From: Octopus vulgaris
Taxonomy: Eukaryota
DNA length: 64,000 nucleotides
Assembly (NCBI GenBank): GCA_951406725.2
Contig: OX597830.1
Span: 8,804,001-8,868,000 of the forward strand
Reading direction: 5' to 3'
The position numbers and the translations under genes are program-made. Positions 43,843 to 56,842 of this stretch are shown here, one piece after another. The notes beneath the pieces are model-generated. The model did not search any database. It saw only the letters and a list, made by a program, of their open reading frames with translations, and was not told the DNA's origin. Every line of letters starts with the position of its first letter. Position 1 is the stretch's first letter.

Positions 43843-44160
43843 GCGCCTGGCTCAGTGGTTAGGTTACTCGGCTCACGATTGCAAGGACGTCAGTTCGATT
43901 TCTGGTGGCGCGTTCTGTTCTTGTGCAAGACACTTTATTCCACGTTGTTCCAGTCCATTGAGCTGGCAAAAATGAAACGTACCTGTAATTCAAACGGTCA
44001 GCCATGTCCCATTATGTATCAGGCTGGATCTCTCAGAGATTCTACGTTAAGGGTACGCGTGTCTGTGGAGTGTTCAGCCACTCACACGTTAATATTATAA
44101 GCAGGCTATTCCATTGATCGGATCAACTGGACCCCTCCTCGTCGTTACCGACGGAGTACC
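43843..44160 (+). mobile_element. SINE family C
   Basis: TGGCTCAGTGGTTAGG...AGTTCGATTTC...GCAAGACACTTTATTCCACGTTG. Confidence 0.8.
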
Positions 44161-44392
44161 ACATCACATCGTATGTAATATTTTGGTCCCCTATTTCTTG
44201 CAATCTTCTCCTTTCTCTCTCTGTCTAATATCCAGAATGCACACGACATTTTCAGAACCCGCGCCTTCTGGGAATAAACATGACGTGTTTTATTGTTACA
44301 GAATAGCCTAAAAAGTGAAATGCATAATTATCAAATGACTAGCTGACCACGTGCTGTCAATGACGGTTAATTGTAGTATTTTATATACATAA

Positions 44393-44756
44393 ACAAGAGC
44401 ACTCAGAGAGCGCATACATCTGCCAAGGTAACACCAACGTCCTCTCAACGATTAGCCAGAGATGATTTTTAAAATGAGAATATCTGAAATAAACTCGACT
44501 GCTCTCACAAACGAGAATACTAAAAATGAACCCGACCGCTCTCAAAAATTAAGTAAAAAAAAAAACAAAAACAGGAAAAATAATCCAGAATCTTTTTCAG
44601 GTACCGGAACGATCCCAAAATCGAATCAGTTCGTGCCAGTCACAAAGCCAAACATCTCTGAGAGTTTTATCCGAATCCATTCAGCGGTTCTTGAGATATC
44701 TTGTCCACGGACAAACAAACATGACTGAAAATGATACCTCCGTCTCCGCTAAGGTA
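44393..44756 (-). mobile_element. HINE-like element, minus-strand copy
   Basis: Reverse complement of the 1377-1690 family (ACAAGAGCACTCAGAGAGCGCA...GGTTCTTGAGATATC). Confidence 0.75.
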
Positions 44757-45866
44757 CAAAATAAGGTGCAAAATAAGGTATATAATAACCACACATACAA
44801 ACATTCAAATACTTCCCTTTTACACGCACACACGTGCACACATATACTTACACAGAGTTGAAACACTGATTTTTTTCACCCCTTCCTTTCTTATTCACCT
44901 ATCATTCCTTCCTTTCTCTCATTGCTATTATTTTCTCTCACTCCCTCTCAGTCAGGGCTATTACTCTCACTACTTCTCCTTCACTGAATTACTTTTTTTT
45001 TTCCTTCTCCGCGTCCGGCGTGATTCTGGACAAATATATAAAAGCACTACACTCAATATTGTATTAGATGTACGATAGTTGTTGCTGTTTATGTTGTTAT
45101 TGTTGTTGCTTAATCCTAAGTCAGTCCAGATCCAGAAAAAAAACCTATAACCAAATCTAGTCCCGTCATGAATATCCTGCCTATTATACAAAATCGTTGA
45201 GCTGTTGCTGCTGCTAATACTATAAGCGTTACGGTCGCCATTCCTCCATCCCCAATCTCATCATCAGCATCACTTTACCACATTAACAAACCCCTCACCG
45301 CCACCACCACTATCATTATAACCATCATAACAATCATCATCATTAACAACAACAACAAAAACAAAGGCATCGAAGTGATTGCAACACACGGAACATGACT
45401 AACGCATCTTAAGGATAATAAATAACATCAACAACAACAACAACAACAACAACAACGAGCGAAAGAACAATAACGTCAGGAAAACAACAACAATAACAAA
45501 ATCAACAAAGGAGAGAGAGCGGAAGTTATCTTCGGCAAGGGCGGTTGAGGTGGGTGCGTGGGTGGGTGTTGGTGGTAGGTTGTTTAATATTGTGGCAGGA
45601 GGAAGACGGGGATGGAGAGTTGGGGGAGGGGTGATTGAGGGTGGGGGTTGGGAAGGTGTGTGTGTGTGGGGGGGGTATCTCTGAACGTTTCTGAAGAAAT
45701 TCGAGTTGGTTCACCACGGAACCATAATTATTATTTTAGAAAGACGATTTTCTGAAGGCATCAACCGTGGAAAGTAGGAGCGGGGTGGGGTGGCGGGGTG
45801 GCTAGGTGGCGGAAAAGAACAAAACAAAACCCCACCAAAAAACCCAAAAAAACCAAACAAGCAATG

Positions 45867-45914
<48 letters not shown>

Positions 45915-46112
45915 TACTACTATCATTATCATCACCATTACTTTCACATCAGCAGCAATAACAACACGAACAACAACAACAAAACCGTGACCACCACCAC
46001 CAGTCAGTAACTATAACGGAAGACAAAATAATGAAAGGTTGGAAGAAAAGGAATAGCAGATAACGATGGTGGTGATGATGATGATGATGGCAGTGGTATT
46101 GGTATTGGTGGG

Positions 46113-46150
<38 letters not shown>

Positions 46151-46207
46151 GATAGAGATGGTAGTGATGATGGTAGTGATGATGGTGATGACAACAATGA
46201 CGACGAC

Positions 46208-46425
46208 GGTTTCAAATTTTGGCACAATGCCAGCAATTTCGGAGTAGTGGGTATGTCGATTATATATCGACCTTAGTATGCAACTGGTACTTATTTTATC
46301 GATCCCGAAGGAATGACAGGCAAAGTCGACCTCGGCGGAATTCGAACTCAGAAACGTAAAGACGGATGAAATGCTGTTAAGCACGTTGTCCGGCGTCGTA
46401 ACGATTTTGCCAGCTCACCGCCTTA
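46208..46425 (-). mobile_element. SINE family B
   Basis: GGCAAAGTCGACCTCGGCGGAATTCGAACTCAG...GCCAGCTCACCGCCTT. Confidence 0.85.
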
Positions 46426-46981
46426 AATGGTGGCGGAAATAATGGAGGCTGTGACGGCGACGACGACGACGATGATGATGATGATGATGACAGAGGGGGG
46501 AGGGACAATGATGATGCTACTGATGGTGATGATGATGTGGTAGTGGTGGTGGTTGGTAGGTGTGGTGTTGGTGGAGGTGACAATGACGAAGATGACGACG
46601 ACGATGACGACGACGACGTCTAAAAGAGATATGGTAGAAACGTTGGCAAAAAAGATAATTAAAATGTGAGTCTGTGAAATCTGTGATGAGGCGTGCAGTC
46701 TCGTTCGTTGGCACCATTGCATGCTAAGACAATAATGAAAACCGTTTTTACTTCATCTAAAACAATATTAAACAACAACAAAAAAGAAAAGACAAAAAAC
46801 AAGCAAAAACAAGGAAAACGCCCCCACCATTTCTTTCTAACTTCATCTACCTACCGAACAACGCTACGTCTACATCTCAGCATATCAAACTAAATTTTGA
46901 ACGCAAAATATTTATCCACGGCGAAGAGAAATATTTGAATAACAAATAGAAGGCAGTGATGTTTTTGGTGTTTCTAAGTTC

Positions 46982-47067
<86 letters not shown>

Positions 47068-47085
47068 ACAATTATTCGGTTGCAA

Positions 47086-47148
47086 TAATAAAACCCCGAG
47101 TTTCGTATGTCGGGGCGGAAATCTGCTCCGGCATCTCTTCAGTTATCA
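47086..47148 (-). ncRNA. Minimal type I hammerhead motif (minus arm)
   Basis: TGATAA-CTGAAGA-GATGCCGG..CCGACATAC-GAAAC-TCGG-GGTT-TTATTA: 6-bp stem I, imperfect stem II, stem III ACT/GGT, triplet GTT. Confidence 0.6.
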
Positions 47149-47277
47149 AGACAGTAAAATAAATGCTATGAAAATGACCGTTAAACAAAGAGAAATTATT
47201 ATGTCTTAATAACGGTCAATTAAATAGTAATTTCTCTTTGTTTAACGGTCATTTTCATAGCATTTTTATTATTGCTT

Positions 47278-47340
47278 TGATAACTGAAGAGATGCCGGAG
47301 TAGATTTCCGCCTCGACATCCGAAACTCGGAATTTTATAA
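47278..47340 (+). ncRNA. Minimal type I hammerhead motif (plus arm, stem III mismatch)
   Basis: TGATAA-CTGAAGA(47284-90)-GATG..CATC-C-GAAA(47322-25)C-TCGG-AATT-TTAT. Confidence 0.5.
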
Positions 47341-47368
47341 TGGCAACCGAATAATTGTCACATATTGC

Positions 47369-47452
<84 letters not shown>

Positions 47453-47846
47453 TGAGATCGTGGCAGTGGCCAGGTTGCTGTTGGTGCGACGACAATTTTG
47501 ACACCAAATAATAAATGTTTAAGCAAAATTAGCAGTTTCTGTACGTCGTTGAATGGCAAATATGTCTTACACGTGTTTTATTTATAATATATTTATACAT
47601 TCATACATACATTGGTGTCGAAACCATAATGATTTCAAATTGACCAGCTGATGATGGGGTGTCTGTTTTGTTTATCTTTTATCTTTCACTCGTTTTTGTC
47701 ATTGGACTGCGGCCGTGTTGGGACATCACTTTGAAGGATTTAGGCGAACAAATTGAACCCATTGTTTATTTGTATGTCTGGTACTTATTCGATCATCGAT
47801 TGTCAAGCGATGGCCGAGACACGACACAAACACAAAGGTCCACAGG

Positions 47847-47907
<61 letters not shown>

Positions 47908-48439
47908 ATGCACATATTCACATACATAAATGTATACGACATATTTGCACAGTTTCCGTTTAACAAATATACTCATTGGTCGACCAGGGGCCATGATAGA
48001 AGACACATAAGGTGCCGTTCAATGACATTGAACTGAAGATCATACAGTTGGGAAGGAAGTTTCTCAACCACACACGCCCTCACGCACCTATGTCTCTATC
48101 TGTTTACATACAATTACATTTACCAGCAAATCTACCCATCTACGATGGAGGCATAAAATGAGGGAGGGAAGTTATAACCGCAGTATGTATTGAGAAAAGT
48201 GTAAATAGGCTTGTTGGATTACTGGGTGATGTCTTAGAGAAATCACATTATAGTTGGCGATACACCATTCTGTTGCAACTATACGACATGTGTTTACGAC
48301 TAAGTGATATGTGATGACGATTCTCTCCCGAACTTCAATAGGCTCCCCGCCTCTGTATCATGAATGGTTATGTGGACTACTCCTAGTGAAGGCCAGAGCT
48401 TCCTGCAACTACTACACAAAAAGTATTAAGAAAAAAATA

Positions 48440-48908
48440 TTCTTTTCTACTCTAGGCACAAGGCCCAAAATTTTGGGGGAGTGGGGCCAGTCGATTAGAT
48501 CGACCCCAGTACGCAACTAGTACTTAATTGATCGACCCTGAAAGGATGAAAAGGAAAGTCGACCTCGGTGGAATTTGAACTCAGAACGAAAAGACAGACG
48601 AAATACTGCTAAGCATTTCGCCCGGCGTGTTAAAGTTTCTGCCAGCTTGCCGCCTTGAAAATTTCAGTATATATTTATTTCTTTATTGCCTACAGGGGGC
48701 TAAACATAGAGGGGACAAACAAGGACAGACAAATGGATTAAGTCAATTACATCGACCCCAGTGCGTAACTGGTGCTTAATTTATCAACCCCGAAAGGATG
48801 AAAGGCAAAGTCGACCTCAGCGGAATTTGAACTCGGTACGTAACAGTAGAGGAAATACCGCTAAGCATTTCGCTCTGCCTGCTAATGTTTCTGCCAGCTC
48901 GCCGCCAT
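48440..48908 (-). mobile_element. Two tandem SINE family B copies
   Basis: Cores at ~48535 and ~48788. Confidence 0.88.
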
Positions 48909-49385
48909 TAAGAAAAATACTGTTATTCAGATATACTTTTATTTTAGTTGTTCACACGATTTTATTCTTGTTTATACTCTTATACACTCAAAATTCACAA
49001 ATTTCCTTATTTAAATTATGAATCATATTCCTTTCGATAATATCATGATTGCAAAACTTCTTTATTGACAATATCTTCTGTTTGGTCGACACTAATTTTC
49101 AAATTACTCTAGTCCGTTGCTCTACTCATAGCGACGTATAATTGGCCGTGTGTAAACATCGGAGTGAGTAAAAATACACCAACACGATCTAACGTCTAGC
49201 CTTGTGCTTTGTTTGCTGTGAATGCGCGAGTGGAATCTTTAGGTTTACCTCCGCTGTTCTATGCGAATAAAGTCTGGATGTTCTGGTACCATGGGTTAGT
49301 TTTGATTGACAAAACTGAGATGTAAACAACAGCCGCTTCGATTAGCCGTTTCGAATCCTGCTTGAGATTGACACACTCCAACAAC

Positions 49386-50042
49386 CACTAAATAATCACA
49401 CACAATGTACTGACGCACACACTTTTTCCACTTTATTTTTACTATTAAGCGTCCTCGCGACCCCCTTCGTATCTACGATGGGGCCACGAACTATACGATG
49501 AAAATTCAGAGTTATTCGTGGTCGGTAAATTTTTAATAAAAAAAGCGATATCAAAAATTGATATCCACGAAATAATCATACTTTCTGAATTTTTAATGTT
49601 AAAATCCTTCTTGACGATTGTCTTTACAATCCCGAAAAATATCATAACCATTGCTCCAGCCGTCTGGTCGTGAAGAGGGAACAAAGAGACGGATATAACG
49701 CCCATTATAGTAAGATGGTAAATCTGCCCATCTAAGATGGGAAATAAAGGGATAGTATCGCAAATCTAAACCCTCTAAATTCACGAACTATAAAGGGGCG
49801 GAGGATCCAGAGTTAATCCTCGTCGCCGGAATTTTAACAAAAAAAAAAAAAATCAAAAGTAATTTATTAATACAAAAACTCAATATCCACTAAATAATCA
49901 TACTTTTTCACATTTTTTTCGCTAAAAACCTTCCTGATTACCTCCTTCGTAATCCCGAAAAGCATCGTGACCGTGAAAAGGAAACAGACAGACAGACAGG
50001 GAGACGGACACACAGACGGACATAACGCTCATTATAGTAAGA
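49386..50042 (-). mobile_element. Tandemly repeated Helitron-like 5' segments
   Basis: Two minus-strand starts A|TCTTACTATAATG(A/G)GCGTTAT(G/A)TCCGTCT at 50042 and 49715, followed by shared body motifs (CCACTAAATAATCA, AATCCCGAAAA). Confidence 0.55.
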
Positions 50043-50299
50043 TATGCAGTGGCAGAAGATATTTGTTTGTATTCATGAAAGCTCCCAAGGCTAAATACAT
50101 CTGTTACGAGTAATGAGGGTGAATAAGCCACAATCTTAGAAAACTCTTTCGAATCTGTAGACTCTTTTGTATATTAAGGTAGTAACATTGCATTAATAGA
50201 AAAGAATGGGCTGTTCTTGAAGACTTCGGGGTTTTCTAGAATTCATCGCTGCCAGATGATCTTCAAAGAATCTTCGTCGGTACTACTGTGAAACTGGTT

Positions 50300-50640
50300 C
50301 TACATAGTTAAAATTTGAGAATATAGTTTCTAAGGATTCTGAGATGCAATGCTGAACATACTTTTTATTCTTAATGCAAGAATTTTCCACTTTATATTAA
50401 AGAATGGGTTGGCTAATTTTGGATTCTAAAACTGGCGGAATTGTGATGTGCCAGTTTTTCTGTTTTAGTTTCTGAACGTAAGTGGATGTTGATGAACTCC
50501 TCTTTTGAGCATGTTGGTCGTTAATCCGATATATGAAATCGCGGTTGCAACAAATTGGTTCTTTTGCTATAATTTTTTCCCTAAATGTAAAATTTTTAGT
50601 TTTTAAACTGCAGTCATATTTAGATCACTGTCTCGAATAT
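50300..50640 (-). pseudogene. Penelope-like GIY-YIG endonuclease relic
   Basis: Manual translation from 50536: SYIGLTTNMLKRGVHQHPLTFRN*NRKTGTSQFRQF*NPKLANPFFNIKWKIL, matching the YIG.T...K.R...H...F......T......W..K......I.W.IL pattern. Confidence 0.72.
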
Positions 50641-50782
50641 TTTAATCAATGAAATCGACCCCAGTATCTATTTTAAGTCTGCTTCTTACTGCAGCGATCC
50701 TCTTTTGCGAAAGCGCTATGTTAATAGCAATCAAACACTGTTTCTCAAGCGCGAGAGACAAATACAAAGACACACACAGACG

Positions 50783-50861
<79 letters not shown>

Positions 50862-51220
50862 CGGACTTTCAGGCACTTTCCGTTTACCATATTCATTTTG
50901 TCAATTGGGATCATAGCAATAGGCACTTGCCCAAATTGCCGTAGAGTGAGATTGAACTAGAAACTACCTGGTTGCGAAACGAACTTCTTATCTACACAAC
51001 CATGCTTACACACAAATATATCATACGTTAACGCAGACGTAGATACTAGAACACAAATACTTATATACACAATACACATACGCACGCACGCACACGCTCA
51101 CATGTATGTATGTATGTATGTATGTATGTATGTATGTATGTATGTATGTATGTATGTATGTATGAATGTATGTATGTATGTATGTATGAATGTATGTATG
51201 TATGTATGTATGTATATATG

Positions 51221-51251
<31 letters not shown>

Positions 51252-51734
51252 GTTTGGATGTTTGTGCTTGTGTGAGTGTGTATCTGTCTATCTATACACA
51301 TACATACATACACATGTGTATGTGTGTGCATGTGTGTATGGATAATGTATGTAAGTACAGACACACGTACATATGTTGTCCCATTAGTCGACAACCATTC
51401 CGTTATAACGATACAAATTGATGAGTTTGTAAACTGCTTCTTCCATTTAGCAGACGATAGCTTTCACCTTAGTTTATTAGCAGACGACACTTCCTTCCAC
51501 ATCCTTCCCCTTCTTACAAAGAGGCTAACAGAGTGAGAGAGTGAGAGAGAGAGGCGGAGTGAAGGAGGGAAGGATGTGTCATGAAGCCATTTAGCTTTTA
51601 TTACAGCCATTTTAGTTAGCATGTGTAATTAAATATCTTTATCTTAAGGTTTGTTGTAGACGTCCGTGCTGGCTGGTTGCTCTCACTAAAATAAACATCG
51701 CATCGTCATTACCGTTTAAAATACATGTACCAAA

Positions 51735-51808
<74 letters not shown>

Positions 51809-51820
51809 GCTATCTATCTA

Positions 51821-51868
<48 letters not shown>

Positions 51869-51894
51869 GCAAGCTATCTGTCTGTCTGCCTATG

Positions 51895-51969
<75 letters not shown>

Positions 51970-51972
<3 letters not shown>

Positions 51973-52155
51973 TCCTCTAGCATCGCTTGACAACCGATGC
52001 TGGTGTGTTCAAGTCATCGTAACTTAGTGGTTCGGCAAAAGAGACTGATAGAGTAAGTACTAGGCTTACAAAGAATAAGTCACGGGGGCGATTTGCTCGA
52101 CTAAAACCGGTGCTTCAGTATGGCCGAAGTCAAATGGCTGAAACAAGTAATAGAA
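51970..52155 (+). mobile_element. SINE family A, 3' half
   Basis: GCTTGACAACCGATGCTGGTGTG...GTCAAATGGCTGAAACAAG. Confidence 0.82.
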
Positions 52156-52170
52156 TATTAGAAAAAAGAA

Positions 52171-52252
<82 letters not shown>

Positions 52253-52443
52253 GCTATCAATCTATCTATTGAATAATATACCATATTGCAGCTTTCTCTT
52301 CAGGAAAATCCAGGAATTACGATGTCCAAACAAAACAAAGGCGCAGCAAGCAACTCGAACCGTGTTTTTTCTGCTGTGATTTTTGCTCAGGTATCGGTTA
52401 AACTTTTGAATAATCCGTAACAAGATAATTCATCTTTCCATTT

Positions 52444-52524
<81 letters not shown>

Positions 52525-52780
52525 TGAATGGATTATCCTATGTTTATCGTCAGCATAGAAAATTCGTTGAACCGAAACCAGGGTAGCAAATTCACGTCAG
52601 AAGCACGGTTGAAGCGACCTGTCCAAGGGTAGAAACTCCGGGTTCATGTGCAGAAATTTGTGTGTTGTATATGAATAAATGAAAGAATGGAGTCGAACGA
52701 GGATGTTAACAAAATTCCTTTACTCTCGACATATGTTTCGAAGACAACATGGTTTCATTCCAAAGGAATAAAGGGTGCAT

Positions 52781-52888
<108 letters not shown>

Positions 52889-52987
52889 TGTATTTCGGGC
52901 TAGTCACTTTTTTTAACCAAATAAACACACGCTCTATATATTCGTTCTTCACCTGTTTATTACAGTTCTTATTCTAACTCATGTCCA

Positions 52988-53034
52988 GTGTCCGGAAATC
53001 TTTCGTCACACATCTGTGACCTCCTCAACGACAC
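52988..53034 (-). ncRNA. Degenerate hammerhead motif
   Basis: Minus strand: GTGTCG-TTGAGGA-G-GTCACA gatg TGTGAC-GAAAG-ATTTC-CGGACAC; core C3 is changed to T. Confidence 0.45.
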
Positions 53035-53204
53035 TTTCCGTTTTCATGTGTGCTCTGGCTCTGCTTATTCCATTGATCAAGAGAGCAAGAGCACACACGA
53101 AGGCGCAAAATAACTAACTGAAATGCAACTAGTATTTGTTTTAACACACGACTTTACATCAGGAATCTGGAAGCACAAATTCATAAACGTATATATATAT
53201 ATAA

Positions 53205-54162
53205 TCACGTGAATCGAAGGCTTTTGGTCTGACCATCAGCATCCAGAAAACCGAGCTTGTCCATTCGCCCATTCGTGACCATCCTCAGTTGTTGCCCTGC
53301 TGTGTATGTTGATGGGAGAACATTAAAAACTGTTTCCTCCTTCACTTATCTTGGCTGCATTGTGTCCAGTGATGCTAAGATGGATAAAGGAATTGAGTCC
53401 AGAATCGGGAAGGCTACTTTCACTTTCGGTCAGGTTTATCACAGGCTTTTGAACAGCCACGACGCATCGTTGAAGGTGAAAGTCAATGTATATAAGTCAG
53501 TGGTTTTCACATCAGTTCTTTACGTTGATGAATCTTGGACCCTGTACCGAAAGCCCATCAACCAGCTTGCCGCTTTTCATATGCAATGCTTGCCTGCTAT
53601 CTCCAACATAAAACCGAGTGACCATATTCATAACAGTGATGTACTAAGGAAATGCGAACATATCAGGTACAGAAGCCATCCTTATCAAAATACAGCTTAG
53701 ATATCAGAATTCCCAAGAAAATTCTCTTTGACCAATTCCCAATAGGAAAGTCAGTTGGAAGGCCATTCTTCCGTTTCAAAAAACAGGCTAAAAAGTATTC
53801 TGAAGCGATGCAACAATCCCTTTCCTTCCTGGGAAAACAAAGCATTACAATGTAGGGACTGGCGCCAGTCCTGTTTTTCCTTAGTCAAAGATTTGATCAA
53901 AGTCGACTCAAACATCGGGACCAACTTTGTGCAAGCATGATTGATCCACGCTGGCAAAATGCTGCTCCTTTAAATGGAAAGCTGTCGTTGTGGTTTGGTG
54001 GCACGAAGCAAAGCAAGCTTTGTCGTCCACTGAGGGAAACACATTGTAAATGATTCATAAGCACTCGAGCAAACTGACTCCTCAACTTGTTCCTTTTGCC
54101 AAAAAGTTTGCAAGGCACCAGCATTCCTCAAAAGACACATTTGTGTCCATAGAGAATCCATC
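53205..54162 (+). pseudogene. RTE-clade LINE reverse-transcriptase C-terminal/thumb relic
   Basis: FGLTISIQKTE; ORF 53257-53700 VSSFTYLGCIVSSDAKMDKGIESRIGKA...KVNVYKSVVFTSVLYVDESWTLY; downstream RIPKKILF..GRP and a CSFCQKVC finger. Confidence 0.92.
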
Positions 54163-54381
54163 ATATATATATATATAAACACACACACATATTACATAAT
54201 GTATTCCTAGATGCACTGAGCTAAGTATGAAGAAACAAAAGCCGATGGTATATTTACGTTGTGAATACCTATGATCATAGATAAGTCTGAAGAAGTTGGC
54301 TTGGCCAGGGGCCATCTACCACCATCACCGCCTTTATGAGAGAGTAAGAATTATGGAGTAGTTTTGGTGAAGCATAGGCCT

Positions 54382-54800
54382 ATGCTGTTGGTATACGAGG
54401 CAGTCTGCAGTAAATGTAGGGTGTCCGGCTGTAAATTGCACGTTCAATGAAAGAGCGTATGCACACAGACACTTAAATAAAAAAAACACCTGAAGATGTG
54501 CCAGACCCAGGATTTCAGGGTTTCCATCAGGTCCACCAACACGACAGGAACAATCTCAGAATCATGGAGGACCTCCTTATTAACAAACTGAGCCCATTTA
54601 TTAACAACGTAAAAGAACTACACAAAGCAGACTGCTTTCTATAGTAACACCAATCTGCGCACGTCACCTTCCTCTCTCACACACTTGAGCAACAGCAACG
54701 ATCTTTTCCATCTCTCGCTTCTCCACGTGCTGAAGAAGTGCTCATAGCCCCGAAATATTGAAATATAAAATAAAAACTAAAATTTTGCTTTGTTTCGTAG
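54382..54800 (+). pseudogene. Penelope-like 3' end: frameshifted GIY-YIG endonuclease followed by a hammerhead-like core and AATAAA
   Basis: LVYEAVCSKC..GC / FNERAYAH / HLKMC / RNNLRIMEDLLINKLSPFIN (R.I.E...I....P.IN motif); CTGAAGA-A-GTGCT cat AGCCCC-GAAA at 54730-54755. Confidence 0.68.
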
Positions 54801-54934
54801 TTTACTTTATATCTTTATACCCGGTCTTACACAACGTTTCTTTTAAGCAAGTATTATGCATGATCGTCCGCTAGGTGGAGCCACAGCACTTCTAGGACAA
54901 AAACAACAACAAATACAATAGCAGCAACAATAAT

Positions 54935-55129
54935 AATCCTTGCTCTTATAGGCACAAGGCCTGAAATTCGGGGTAGAGGGATAGACGATTACATCCACCG
55001 CAGTACTCAACTGGTACTTAATTTATCGTCCCCGAAAGGATGAAAGGTAATATCGATCTCGGCGGAATTAGAACTCAGAACGTAGCGAATGGGGGAAATA
55101 CCGCTAAGCATTTCTGCCAACTCGCCGCC

Positions 55130-55131
<2 letters not shown>
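54935..55131 (-). mobile_element. SINE family B
   Basis: CCCCGAAAGGATGAAAGG...GCCAACTCGCCGCCTT. Confidence 0.82.
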
Positions 55132-55215
<84 letters not shown>

Positions 55216-55421
55216 TGTTGTAGTAGTAGTAGTAATGATAATAATAATTGTAATAATGATAGCAGTAATAATAATCATAGTAGTAGTAGTAATAATAATA
55301 GTAGTAGTAGTATTAATAGTAGTAGTAGTAATAGTTGTTGTTGTAGTAGTAGTAGTAATGATAATAATAATTGTAATAATGATAGCAGTAATAATAATCA
55401 TAGTAGTAGTAGTAATAATAA

Positions 55422-55489
<68 letters not shown>

Positions 55490-56393
55490 ATATAACGGAA
55501 TGAACAGTAGTGTTCTACTAGGTGGGGCTACCGTCTTTAACAATATAGACCGCTCTGATAATTTATCTGTGCCCCAGCATGGCCGCAGTGCAATGAACGG
55601 TATCAATAAAATGATAGGTTTTCTGGACCAATGTCGACTTGGAGCTACACAACAACAACAACTACAACAACATATGGCTACCACTAATATCAACACTAAC
55701 AACGTTACGACTTACACCACTTCCAACTACTGCCAATACGGTCGGTCGCGATTGTTAACCAACATCATCACCACTACCACCGACACTATCAACATCACCA
55801 CTGTAACTCGCACACCACCAACACTAGCATCCTCCACCATGAATCACCTCAAACCTACCACCACCAACACCATCATCGGCAACAATAACTTAATCACCAC
55901 CACCACCACTATCGTCATCACCACCAACACCATCACCACCAACACTATCAGCATCACCACCATCAGTACCACCATCGTCTTTACCGCCGCCAATACCACT
56001 ACGACCACCATCACTACAACCATAACCATCTTCACCACCACCACCACCACCTCCACCACCACTACCACCATTAATCGCCACCCCAACCACCACCACCACT
56101 ATCATCGTAGTCACCACACCACCATCACCGTCGCCACCACCATCATCTCTACAACCATGCATTTGGCGCCGGACGGGAAGTTGTCTAGACATGGAGACTG
56201 TGGACACCCATCACCATGTCTTAGAAACACACACACACACACACACACCCAACGCTCTACCACTACCATCCCACCCGTCCACCCGTCCACCCTTCAACTT
56301 TTCAACGATTTTCGTCTCCATTTCCTACAGAATCCTTCTGCCACCTCCTGCTGTTATTTATGTTTATGTGTGGCCAACGGACACCGCGCCTTT

Positions 56394-56842
56394 TGTGACC
56401 AACCCGTCATGTTACGATGATCTGCTTCTGCTGTTACAATCCCACCCTACCGTGACCATCCCATCCTACAACGACCCTCCCTGCGACTATGATCACCCTC
56501 TTCTCTTGTGATCACCCCTTCTTGTGGCTATCCCTTGTGACCACCCACACCGACTATAATCATACCGTCAATCTCAGCAGGAACTTGTTCTGTAAGACCA
56601 TCCTATCTTGTTGTTATCAACCCGTCCTACTGTGACCATCACCCCCAACTATGATCACCTTGTCTTAATGCGATCATCCTATCCTATTGTGACCCTCCCG
56701 TCCTGTGGTGACAATCCTCTTTTGCTGTCTTACAATGAACATACCGTTCTGCGGTGATCCCATCCTTCTGCTGTGACCAACTCTCTCCCATTGCGACCAT
56801 CCCACCCTACAACGACCATCCCACCTCATTGTAACAATCCCA
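56394..56842 (+). repeat. Degenerate ~19-bp minisatellite (consensus ~TGTGACCATCCCACCCTAC)
   Basis: Recurring (T/C)GTGACCA(T/A)CC units, e.g. CGTGACCATCCCATCCTAC and TGCGACCATCCCACCCTAC; roughly 20 diverged copies. Confidence 0.75.

Larger units (their letters stand above)
47064..47362. repeat. Long inverted repeat (139-bp arms 47064-47202 / 47224-47362, 21-nt loop), each arm containing a hammerhead motif
   Basis: Arms align by reverse complement (TGTGACAATTATTCGGTTGC / GCAACCGAATAATTGTCACA); flanked by (GT)n and (CA)n(TA)n. Confidence 0.95.

Noticed and set aside
44320-44375. Cluster of TAATTA, CACGTG and CTGTCA motifs as an enhancer
   Set aside because: Short motifs are expected by chance in AT-rich DNA, and there is no independent support.
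55500-56420. 306-aa Thr-rich ORF (mucin-like)
   Set aside because: It is built from degenerate (ACC/ACT)n repeats plus a SINE fragment, with no signal peptide or domain evidence.
56394-56842. CRISPR-like array
   Set aside because: The units are contiguous and diverged with no unique spacers, the context is eukaryotic, and there are no cas genes.
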